Origin: Clostridiales bacterium
GTDB lineage: Bacteria; Bacillota; Clostridia; Lachnospirales; Lachnospiraceae
Direction: 5' to 3'
Length of the DNA: 64,000 nucleotides
NCBI GenBank assembly: GCA_021201535.1
Contig: JAJQEU010000109.1
Span: forward strand, 1,998-65,997
Positions within the stretch are counted from its first letter, which is position 1; each line of letters begins with the position of its first letter. A program made the translations under genes and the position numbers. The notes beneath the pieces were generated by a model. That model ran no database searches. It was not told the origin of the DNA and saw only the letters and a list, made by a program, of their open reading frames with translations. Of the stretch, positions 40,399 through 48,850 are shown piece by piece.

Positions 40399-40505
40399 TA
40401 ATCCGCAATGGAGGATAAACATAATGTCAACACACCCGCGACCATTAACAGGACAAAGGGGAAATGCAGACACTTCATTAATTCCGTTTTTATACAGCGC
40501 AGCAT
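40399..40505 (-). pseudogene. ABC permease-like gene, 5' fragment (split by the IS)
   Basis: GGGGAG RBS, then MLRCIKTELMKCLHFPFVLLMVAGVLTLCLSSIAD running into the IS end. Confidence 0.75.
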
Positions 40506-40519
40506 GTTTCTCTCCCCTT

Positions 40520-41836
40520 TTATTCTTCTGTGTCCAGTCTATATGTGTAATAATAAATATCTCCTGTAAAAACATCCACATATAACCGAATCCCTTCATT
40601 CTTTATCTGATTTACTCCGCGGATTTCCCAACACGGAAAAATGATTTTTTCCTCCGGATCTTCAGAATCAAGGAAATTTACCGCATAATACACTAAGCCT
40701 GCTGTCTCTGCTTTTATATTCAACTGCGAAGCCAGCTTCTCGTCCAGAAAAACCGCCAAATCTTCAAGTCCGATGATCTCTTTTTCAGAATAAAGCGTTG
40801 TCATCTTCTCTGCTTCATTATATCCGGAAAACGCCGTCACCCCGGAATCATCCATAACATACGCATTTTTATTGTCACAAGCGGGAAAAACATCCCCGTT
40901 GATCTGATAGGACCCTGTCTGCATATATGCCAATGGAATTCCATCATATATCCGGCGCATGATGTATTCATATGCATAAATATCTTTTAATTTAAATACG
41001 CATACCTCTGCGATTTCATTTTCCACACCCTCCTCCGGCGGAAATGGAGTTCCCTGACGAAAATACTCCAAAACCATCTCAGCCCCTTCCTCCACTGTCA
41101 TTTCACCGCTGGCCAGCTCATATTTTTCGTTTGCCAGTTCAGAGTAACTGCCATACGCAACAACATCTTCTTCAGAGTAGGAATACCCCAGCGCATCCAT
41201 TGCCGCAGAAGAAGTACTCCCCAGATATTCTGTTATTTTTCCGTCGCTCATGGAATAAATTCCACCGGAAGTAATCTGGATATGACACAGGTTATTATCG
41301 ATAAATGCGCCTTCTCCCGAACTTAATTCGGACATATGATTATAAAAAGTATAATAGTTTCCGCCCGCATCTACCCCCAGCTCGGTCGAAACTACCTTTA
41401 CCTCAGTCTCCATATCTATTTCGCTCTTTTTCCCGATACTCTCCAGCCAGTTTTCTATCGTATCCCAGCTCTCTTCCACCGTAATTCCGTGATCTTCTGC
41501 AACAAGAAGCTTCATGTCTTCTGATTCCGGAAAACTATCAAATTCGCAATTTTCAAAATTGATCCTGGAGTATTCCGAATGTCTCACAGTCTCTATCTCT
41601 GTGTCATATTGCTCCCTGCATACAGAAATCGGAGTCAAATCCCTCAAAATTTTTTCCTGATAATCCTCAACAGAAAACACGGTATCCGGACTGTCAGCAT
41701 CCTCAATAGAATCTGTGGAGACTTCTGAAACAGTTTCCCCCTCCTGATCTGATGTCGCGCAGGCCGCGAATCCCATAAGGCATAATAATGCCGCTCCGAC
41801 CATAAACCAACGAACTTTGCGATAATTTCTATGCAT
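40520..41836 (-). CDS. Acidic lipoprotein, unknown function
   Basis: Basic N-terminus, hydrophobic core and lipobox FAAC; first gene of the permease/ABC operon. Confidence 0.75.
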   Translation of the reverse strand: MHRNYRKVRWFMVGAALLCLMGFAACATSDQEGETVSEVSTDSIEDADSPDTVFSVEDYQEKILRDLTPISVCREQYDTEIETVRHSEYSRINFENCEFDSFPESEDMKLLVAEDHGITVEESWDTIENWLESIGKKSEIDMETEVKVVSTELGVDAGGNYYTFYNHMSELSSGEGAFIDNNLCHIQITSGGIYSMSDGKITEYLGSTSSAAMDALGYSYSEEDVVAYGSYSELANEKYELASGEMTVEEGAEMVLEYFRQGTPFPPEEGVENEIAEVCVFKLKDIYAYEYIMRRIYDGIPLAYMQTGSYQINGDVFPACDNKNAYVMDDSGVTAFSGYNEAEKMTTLYSEKEIIGLEDLAVFLDEKLASQLNIKAETAGLVYYAVNFLDSEDPEEKIIFPCWEIRGVNQIKNEGIRLYVDVFTGDIYYYTYRLDTEE

Positions 41837-41868
41837 GGCGCTCCCCTCCTCTACAGACAAAATATCAC

Positions 41869-41894
41869 ATCCGTTTGTATTCTTTTTGTACTTT
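41869..41894. promoter_or_regulatory. Putative response-regulator box upstream of the lipoprotein operon
   Basis: 26-bp sequence identical to 44431-44456; TACAAA-N5-TACAAA direct repeat on the minus strand. Confidence 0.7.
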
Positions 41895-41943
41895 CAGATT
41901 GTTCAATATTCCGTATTCACCCCTGTGCATACAAAACAACTGC

Positions 41944-41970
41944 AACCCTGCCGCAAAGACAGGGTTGCTC
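41944..41970 (-). terminator. Hairpin after the histidine kinase gene
   Basis: GCAACCCTG-loop-CAGGGTTGC. Confidence 0.6.
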
Positions 41971-43584
41971 TCACCTGATATGAAAATAAAATTCCGGACC
42001 GCCCGCCGTGTTTCTGACTCCGTAATCCGCCCGGTACATCTTTAATATCGCTTCACTGATCGCCAGCCCCATGCCGGAAGAACCTTCCTGCACGGTACGG
42101 GAAGCATCGCCCTGATATAAAGGTTCCCAGATGCGAGACAATTCCTCAGCGGAAAGCTCCGGTCCGTCATTGTATATACTGACGCCATGATCATAAACCG
42201 TGATGCGGATCCCGCCTTTTGTACTGCAGAATTTTACCGCGTTGGAGATATAATTATCCATGACCATTTCCATGAGCGCCGCATCGGAAGTCACCTGCCC
42301 GCTTCCCTGAATATCCCATGTCAGGGAAAGCTCCTTTTTCTGCATCAGGTCCTCGTAACGCTCACAAATCCGTTCTGCTGTCTCCTTCAATAAACACGGT
42401 TCTTTTTTTATCTCACAGTCCGCGTCTGTCACACGCGTATAGACCAGCATACTGTTCAGCAGATCATTCATATGATCCGCCTCCCTGCCGATCATATCGA
42501 TGTAATGCGTCTGCTTTTCCTGCTGCAGTCCGGCCTCCAGACACTCCGCACTGTTTTTGATCACTGCCGTCGGTGTCTTCATCTCATGCGCGATAGCATT
42601 TAAAAATGTCTCACGCAACCGGCGAATGTTTTCCTGCTTTTTTTTTACGTAAAGATACACGCAGATCAGGAAAACTGCCAGCGCCTCCCCCAGCACCAGA
42701 ATAGGCAGAATATACTGTTTGATAATCCCGGAATGCAGCGTCAGCTTCCGGATATTGACCGAAATACAGCATTCGTACGCGGCAATGCGGTTCGCGTTTG
42801 TCAGATGAACAAAATATCGGCTTCCGGAAGCGTAAATATCCCGGGAATCTGTTTCCATCTCTGACATATCGTATTTTTCCGGCACAGAGAGTGACTCACT
42901 GCTGTTAATGTAAACAGAAAGGTAACCGGCCTGTATCTGATCCGAATCCTGCAATCCTGTATCTGTCTCATCCAATTCCGTCAGACGCCTTACCATCACC
43001 GAAGTATATCTCTCGTTTTCATACAGACTGTTCGTCAGCTCATAGACAATCTCTCCCGTAGCACGGTCACAAAGCACCACCCGCATCGGATAAAATTTAT
43101 CCTCTCCGCGATAATAACCGTCCATCTCGGAAATATAAAGACGTTGACTCCACTGCGGATTTTGTCTGTATTCCTCAAAAAAATCCGTCATCTCGTCTTC
43201 AAAATATTTTCCGAGCGCAAAATACTCCGTCAGGATTTCTCCATCCTCGAAGCTCTGCCAGCGGCAGATAATATTATCATTTGTCGTTCCTTTGCTGAAT
43301 CCCGCCGAAGAATAAGTACCCGCTGCGATCTCATAGCAGCTGTCCGACATCTCATTTCCCGTGCGGGGCAGGGCATCCAGAGCCGCATATAAAATCTCCG
43401 CCGCATTTCCGCTGTCGGACGCGGCCTCCACTGCCTCCTGCATCTGTGTCATGACTGACTCCGCTTCCGCCTCCTGGTTCTGTTTCTCCATGGAAAAAAG
43501 ATAAGCGGAGCAGATAAACATGATTCCCAGAAAAACCACCTCAATCCAGACCGCAGTCTGATAATTCTTCCACCAGAATCGCAT
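41971..43584 (-). CDS. Sensor histidine kinase
   Basis: Two TMs around a large extracellular domain; AHEMKTP H-box, NYISNAVKF, YNDG and GMGLAI. Confidence 0.93.
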   Translation of the reverse strand: MRFWWKNYQTAVWIEVVFLGIMFICSAYLFSMEKQNQEAEAESVMTQMQEAVEAASDSGNAAEILYAALDALPRTGNEMSDSCYEIAAGTYSSAGFSKGTTNDNIICRWQSFEDGEILTEYFALGKYFEDEMTDFFEEYRQNPQWSQRLYISEMDGYYRGEDKFYPMRVVLCDRATGEIVYELTNSLYENERYTSVMVRRLTELDETDTGLQDSDQIQAGYLSVYINSSESLSVPEKYDMSEMETDSRDIYASGSRYFVHLTNANRIAAYECCISVNIRKLTLHSGIIKQYILPILVLGEALAVFLICVYLYVKKKQENIRRLRETFLNAIAHEMKTPTAVIKNSAECLEAGLQQEKQTHYIDMIGREADHMNDLLNSMLVYTRVTDADCEIKKEPCLLKETAERICERYEDLMQKKELSLTWDIQGSGQVTSDAALMEMVMDNYISNAVKFCSTKGGIRITVYDHGVSIYNDGPELSAEELSRIWEPLYQGDASRTVQEGSSGMGLAISEAILKMYRADYGVRNTAGGPEFYFHIR

Positions 43585-43722
43585 GCCATTCCCTCCGTTT
43601 TTGCATTTGCCGAATTCTTTCACAAATATCTCCTCCCTGTATGTCACAGTAACCCGTACAAGCCTCTCAAAATCCGCAGAGCAGTCTTTACTGCTTATCC
43701 GGACAAATCTATACCCGGCGCG

Positions 43723-44397
43723 TCATGGCCGCGTTTCCATCATATAACCGGATTTGATGATCGTCCGGATACATTTCCCGTATTTTCCCAGCGCTTTCCG
43801 CAAATTCTTGACATGTGTATCAACCGCCCGGTCGCTTCCCTCATAATCGTAACCCCACAGCTTTAACAGAATCTGCTCCCGCGTCAGCACCCGCCCCGCA
43901 TTGTTCATAAAATAGCGAAGCAATTCGAAATCCAATGCCTGAAGGACAACATACTCCCCGCCGCACATCACCTGCCTCCGCTCCGGCTGCAAACGGATGC
44001 CTGATACTTCCAGCCAGCCGCTGCCCCGCTGTCCCCGCTCCAGAACGGCGCGGCACTTCGCGAGAAGCACCGCCAGAGAAAACGGCTTCAATATGTAATC
44101 GTCCGCCCCCAGCTGATAGCCGTAAAGCTGATCCGTCTCCTGCACACGGGCTGTCAAAAATAAAATCGGCACATTCTCTTTTTCCCTGATTTTGCGACAG
44201 AGCGTAAATCCGTCCATCTGCGGCATCATTACATCCAGAAGCACCAGATGATAGTCCCGTATCTGAATCATCTCCCAGGCTTCCTGTCCGTCCGCCGCCG
44301 TATCCACCTCAAAACCGTTCGCGGAAAGATAATCATGGATCAGTTCGCGCATATTCGCATTGTCTTCCGCCAGCAGAATTCTTTTCATGGGTTCCAT
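43723..44397 (-). CDS. OmpR/PhoB family response regulator
   Basis: LLAEDN, LLDVMMP.MDG, GADDYILKPF, W...Y....RAVDTHVKNLRK and GY. Confidence 0.95.
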   Translation of the reverse strand: MEPMKRILLAEDNANMRELIHDYLSANGFEVDTAADGQEAWEMIQIRDYHLVLLDVMMPQMDGFTLCRKIREKENVPILFLTARVQETDQLYGYQLGADDYILKPFSLAVLLAKCRAVLERGQRGSGWLEVSGIRLQPERRQVMCGGEYVVLQALDFELLRYFMNNAGRVLTREQILLKLWGYDYEGSDRAVDTHVKNLRKALGKYGKCIRTIIKSGYMMETRP

Positions 44398-44430
44398 CTC
44401 CCTCCCCTTTGATTACAGACAGTATAGCCG

Positions 44431-44456
44431 ATCCGTTTGTATTCTTTTTGTACTTT
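44431..44456. promoter_or_regulatory. Putative autoregulatory response-regulator box
   Basis: Identical to 41869-41894; lies just upstream of a TATACT -10 on the minus strand. Confidence 0.7.
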
Positions 44457-44505
44457 TTCTATACTTTCCAAATCCCGTTTGCAACTTTTACCCAAAAAAC
44501 ACAAT

Positions 44506-44525
44506 CCCCCGGCTTTAGCCGGGGG
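44506..44525. repeat. CCCCCGGCT palindrome, copy 2
   Basis: CCCCCGGCTTTAGCCGGGGG. Confidence 0.75.
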
Positions 44526-44788
44526 TATCAGATAAATGCTTCTTTCCAACATAATCCGCAACTCCTCCAATAACAGCATTGTAACCTTTTTCTGCTGTTT
44601 TTCAATATGATTTGCAACCTTTTTCGATTTATTTTCCCTGTCCCTTTTATTATTTTTCTGGTATAATGTCAATATTAGGCTGAGAAAATAAACGAGTTCG
44701 GAAAGCCGCTGGTTTTTCGCGCATTTCCCTGATGTTAATGCGCATCAGCACAGAATCATTTTAACAGCGATCAGAGGGTAAACCATTT

Positions 44789-45496
44789 ATGTCAGATTCA
44801 CAGAGCACCCATACCATCTCCACCGATTTCATGGACTGTTTTCTGACGCTCTCCCGGGGCAGCAAACGTCTGGAAGCATTAGGACAGCCTGAATTTTTGA
44901 AAAAGGGAACCATTCTCGTCCGTTCCGGTGAAATCCCCGGATATTGCTATATTGTCCGGACGGGACGCGTCATCTGTTATGAGTTCTCCTTCAACGGAGA
45001 GCAGCGGATCTACAATTTTATGGAACCCGGTTCCCTGCTTCTGGAGGAGTTTCTGCTGTTTGACAGACCGTGTCCGATTTTTTTCGCGACAGCGCTGGAT
45101 TCCGAGTTGGTAAAAATCACGAAACAGGATCTGACCGACGCGCTGCGGCGGGATTTTGATATCGTCATGGACGTCTGCGAATCCATCTCCGCCAAACACC
45201 TTTCCGCGATGGAATACCAGCGCGTAGGGTACCATCAGGATGCGGGCTGGCAAATCTGCCGTTTTCTCCTGCTTCTGATCGAGCATTACGGGGAAAAAGA
45301 GAATGGCCGGATACAGATAACGGAAAAGTTTTCCCATCAGATGATCGCCGATTTTCTGGGCATGAACCGCGTTACGGTCAGCCGAAAGCTGAAGGAGCTC
45401 CGCTCTCTCGGCCTGATTGCCTCTGAAAAGGGGAAACTCAGTGTTCCGGACGTCAACGCTATCAAAAAGTACATGGACTCTATTCAGGGATTTTAG
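44789..45496 (+). CDS. Crp/Fnr family regulator
   Basis: cNMP-binding barrel (CYIVRTGRV...GEQRI) and HTH SHQMIADFLGMNRVTVSRKL. Confidence 0.92.
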   Translation: MSDSQSTHTISTDFMDCFLTLSRGSKRLEALGQPEFLKKGTILVRSGEIPGYCYIVRTGRVICYEFSFNGEQRIYNFMEPGSLLLEEFLLFDRPCPIFFATALDSELVKITKQDLTDALRRDFDIVMDVCESISAKHLSAMEYQRVGYHQDAGWQICRFLLLLIEHYGEKENGRIQITEKFSHQMIADFLGMNRVTVSRKLKELRSLGLIASEKGKLSVPDVNAIKKYMDSIQGF

Positions 45497-45511
45497 GAAG
45501 GAACTGCCGTC

Positions 45512-46222
45512 ATGAAAAATCCAAACTACGTAAAACCTGTCAGTTTGTGGAATTCCTCCCGGATTCTTTCGCCGGACTTTATTCTGCCCTGTCTGGAAAA
45601 GCTTGGTTCTGCGAAAAAAGTTCCGAAAAACACTTATATTTACCGTTCCGAGGAGATTCCGGACTGCTGCTATATCGTAAAAAGCGGGGAGGTCATCGCT
45701 TTGGAGACGACCTCCGGTGGAAATGAGTTCCTCCATTTCCTTATGGACGAAAACGCCATATTCGGGGACGTCAATATGCTGATGGAAAAACCTCTGCCCA
45801 TCCGCTTCCGCACAGCGACGGACTGCGAGTTAATCTGCATCCCGAAGGAAAAACTGATGACGGCGATCGCACAGGATTCCCGCATTTTCATGGAACTGTA
45901 TCTCTCCGCCGCCAACAAGTTTCTGGATTCCATAGAAGAGCTGAGGGAATTTAAGCTCTATCCGGCATCCTGGCGTCTGATTAAGATGCTTCTTACTTTC
46001 GCGGACAAATACGGAACGGATTACGACGGAAAGCTCCTCATCCGACGCAAACTGAGCATCAACTATCTGACCGCCCTCATCGGCGTCAACCGCGCCACCA
46101 CTATCCGGTCGCTGAACGGCCTGAAAAAAGAGAAGCTGATTGAAACCGTCAACGGCTTCTACTGCATCCGGGATCCGGAAGCCCTCAAAAGATATCAGGC
46201 TCGCCTTGCCGAGGATCTGTAG
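45512..46222 (+). CDS. Crp/Fnr family regulator (tandem paralog)
   Basis: CYIVKSGEV...IFGD and HTH LTALIGVNRATTIRSL. Confidence 0.92.
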   Translation: MKNPNYVKPVSLWNSSRILSPDFILPCLEKLGSAKKVPKNTYIYRSEEIPDCCYIVKSGEVIALETTSGGNEFLHFLMDENAIFGDVNMLMEKPLPIRFRTATDCELICIPKEKLMTAIAQDSRIFMELYLSAANKFLDSIEELREFKLYPASWRLIKMLLTFADKYGTDYDGKLLIRRKLSINYLTALIGVNRATTIRSLNGLKKEKLIETVNGFYCIRDPEALKRYQARLAEDL

Positions 46223-46254
46223 TAAGGAACTGTTCAAAAATAACTTTGCACCGG

Positions 46255-47373
46255 TTATTTTTCGGCAGTACTGACCGCGTGCGTCAATATAAATTCCCTT
46301 GCTTTGTCCCGGATCAGCTGCGCCTCCAGCGCATCCCGATCCAACGTCCGGCAAACCTCATCAAAATCCGCCGCGCACTGCTCTGCAATCCGCTCCATTG
46401 CCTGAAATACCTCCGGCTCGCCGACCCGGATCCCCTCGCGATCCGCCACCGCCGTAAACAGCACATCAAACAACGCCGCATCCCTGGCCTGATCCCTGTG
46501 TTCATCTCTCCACTGCTTTTCACTGAGTTCCATCGACCCAAGCCGGGTTTCAAACATCTCGTCACAAATTTCATCGTTGCTCATGGACGACTTTAAGTGT
46601 GCCCTCTTTGTCTGAATCTCACGCAGCTTCTGATCAAAATCCGCCGGAAGGTCATGATAACGCCTGACGCACTCTTTCACCCCTGCAAGAAAACAGTCGA
46701 TTTCTATTCCCTGTTGGTCTGCCGAGACAGACTGAAGCATATAATCCATGGCTTCCGCGCGAACCTGAGACATCGGCCGGTGTACATCCGCCGCGTGATA
46801 CGCCTCTCGCAGCAGATAAACACATTCTGTCAACATACGGCACACCGGATCCTGCACGGCAGCTGCTTTTTCCCGTGCCTCCATGGCATCCAGGCGGGCT
46901 TCCGTCATCGAATCCGGCAGGACGGTTTTCATATTTCTGCAGGCTTTCGTCAGCACGTCCGCCGCAAATCTCTCCTCATCATCCCGCGGCACATCGGTCC
47001 GGATCCCTTTATAGGGACCTAATGTCGCATCCGGATATACATCCGCTTCCACAAGAAAACGGACGCCTCCGTCCCCACGCCAGGTTATCTCCCGCAGACA
47101 GGGTTTCCCTACGGGATGAAGACGCGTTTCCCTCACGTACTGCCGGTACGCTGCGGGAATGCACAGATCGAGTGCTTCGTCATAAAGGACCCGCGGTCCG
47201 TATATTTTTTCGATTTCCTCCCGCGGCGCCAGTCCCGGTGCGTATCCGGGCACAACGATTCTATCCGTATGTTCCAGATACGCGTCATGGAGCGCCTTCG
47301 CGAACTCCTCCGGCTCCAGAATCAGCTCCGTTGTGATCGCGCCGTCCTTCCTCTCCTCGTGTTCTGCTCTCAT
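46255..47373 (-). CDS. Atypical trigger-factor-like protein (N and C domains, no FKBP domain)
   Basis: Tig N-domain pattern (VPG..PG.AP..EIEKIYG...YDEA...LGPYKG) joined to a Tig C-domain pattern (LPDSM.E...D.M; LF.AVADREGI.V.E). Confidence 0.75.
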   Translation of the reverse strand: MRAEHEERKDGAITTELILEPEEFAKALHDAYLEHTDRIVVPGYAPGLAPREEIEKIYGPRVLYDEALDLCIPAAYRQYVRETRLHPVGKPCLREITWRGDGGVRFLVEADVYPDATLGPYKGIRTDVPRDDEERFAADVLTKACRNMKTVLPDSMTEARLDAMEAREKAAAVQDPVCRMLTECVYLLREAYHAADVHRPMSQVRAEAMDYMLQSVSADQQGIEIDCFLAGVKECVRRYHDLPADFDQKLREIQTKRAHLKSSMSNDEICDEMFETRLGSMELSEKQWRDEHRDQARDAALFDVLFTAVADREGIRVGEPEVFQAMERIAEQCAADFDEVCRTLDRDALEAQLIRDKAREFILTHAVSTAEK

Positions 47374-47388
47374 ATCCGCCCTCCGATC

Positions 47389-48039
47389 CTACAGAATCAC
47401 CTTCGTTTCCGTACCGATCCCTCTCAGAACAGACATAAGGATGGCGGCGTCGTGCTCCTGCGCGTACTTTTCAAGGATATCCCGAAATGTTTTTTCCTCA
47501 TCCTCCTCCCGCGCCAGAGCGCCCAGTTCTATCAGATCCGCCCCGTAGCCGCTCATTTCGTCCAGCTTTTTCAAAAGCTCATCTTCCTCCGGCATGCGAT
47601 CCGGATAAATCCAGGTCAACACCGACTTCCGGTTATAATTGGCCGCCTCAAAAAGAATCGACCGTGTCGCATCCTCATAGGGGAGCAGCGGTGCGCTGAT
47701 CAGATCCGTGCCCTGCTTTGCCGCCTGCACAGCCAGCCTGGCGATATACATATATTTTGCCGGGTGTTTTCCCCCGATCACCGCATCCCGGAAGCTGAAC
47801 ATCAACGGTTTTTCTTTCGCCGCCTCCCGCACCGCTTTCAGTGCGGACGGCACCTCCTTAAAGGTAATCTCAAAGATATCGTCATGCTCGTCGCTGCGCC
47901 ACTCGATCGCCGCCACAGCCGGGTCGGCCGCCAGCGCTTCTGTCTGTGCGATGATATCTTTCCTGGAAGCCGCTTTCACGATACCGATGGCTGCTCCCGC
48001 TGTCAATTCTGTCCGGTTGATTTTAATTGTTCTGCTCAT
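47389..48039 (-). CDS. Type I 3-dehydroquinate dehydratase (AroD)-like protein, catalytic residues absent
   Basis: IEWRSD, PLMFSFR...GG and GADL.E.; His and Schiff-base Lys positions substituted; C-terminus short. Confidence 0.7.
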   Translation of the reverse strand: MSRTIKINRTELTAGAAIGIVKAASRKDIIAQTEALAADPAVAAIEWRSDEHDDIFEITFKEVPSALKAVREAAKEKPLMFSFRDAVIGGKHPAKYMYIARLAVQAAKQGTDLISAPLLPYEDATRSILFEAANYNRKSVLTWIYPDRMPEEDELLKKLDEMSGYGADLIELGALAREEDEEKTFRDILEKYAQEHDAAILMSVLRGIGTETKVIL

Positions 48040-48419
48040 TTCCCTGTTTCTTCCTTTCCCTCTGTACCAGATCTTTTTTTAAAAATCGCCGCTACGTTTC
48101 TTCCATATTTAAATTCATAAGAGATCTCATCCATCCTCGCATGCGTACAGGGACTCCGGTCATCCCGGACGGGATTATATAATCCTCCGGCATGCACAAA
48201 CTGCAGACCGACGCCCTCCGTGGACAGGCTGGCGGACACGGTCAGCATGCCCTCTCCCCTGTCCGCGCCGCAGATATTTAAAAACAATTCCAGCGCGGAG
48301 GCCGTAACCGCTTCCTTCCACTCGCCGGAAAATCCGGAATCCGCGTCGCCAAGGCACCGCAGATACTCTTCAAACCACGGCAGGTTCTCCCGCGCCGGAA
48401 CAATGGCCAGCTTTTCCAC
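48036..48419 (-). CDS. Degenerate RsbW/anti-sigma HATPase-like small protein
   Basis: GTG start overlapping the upstream TAG, GGAGGTG RBS; ELFLN N-box and MDEISYEFKYGRN tail. Confidence 0.55.
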   Translation of the reverse strand: MEKLAIVPARENLPWFEEYLRCLGDADSGFSGEWKEAVTASALELFLNICGADRGEGMLTVSASLSTEGVGLQFVHAGGLYNPVRDDRSPCTHARMDEISYEFKYGRNVAAIFKKRSGTEGKEETGK

Positions 48420-48850
48420 TAGCGGATCACCTCCACTTCCTCCTCCTGTCTGGAACACAGAAAAGCCTCGTGCCCTTCCTCCAGCTCGCGAACATCCGCC
48501 TCCCGCAGATCCGCTCCGGTCAGCAGCATTTCCTCGACACGCGCCAGAAGCTCCAGCCGGTTTTTGTCTTCCGGAGATGCGTAAAACAGCGACATCCGGC
48601 TGATCGCTCCAAACCGGTTGATTTCCCTCGACAGATGAGGAAGAAGTGCCAGTTCCGTGAGCGAAAGCTCCCATGGGTCGCCCACGGGCCGATCTTCCGT
48701 CTGTCCGGCCGCAGGCAAAGGGTGAAACACGCACGTCACCCCGCCGCTGGTATACTCCTCGCCCATGACCGCCTGAAGCTTTCCGTACTCTTCCCGGATA
48801 TAAAAATCCCGTTCTTCACGAATCAAATCCCGGATTTTATCTCTGTCCAT
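48419..48850 (-). CDS. Hypothetical protein (143 aa)
   Basis: Overlaps both neighbours, GGAGG RBS; no motif recognised. Confidence 0.65.
   Translation of the reverse strand: MDRDKIRDLIREERDFYIREEYGKLQAVMGEEYTSGGVTCVFHPLPAAGQTEDRPVGDPWELSLTELALLPHLSREINRFGAISRMSLFYASPEDKNRLELLARVEEMLLTGADLREADVRELEEGHEAFLCSRQEEEVEVIR

Noticed and set aside
44385-44672. 95-aa minus-strand ORF upstream of the response regulator
   Set aside because: Runs through the promoter, RR box and palindrome; low-complexity; no RBS seen.
48420-48734. N-terminal half of ORF 48036..48734
   Set aside because: Alternative frame of the 48419..48850 gene; the real start is the GTG at 48419.
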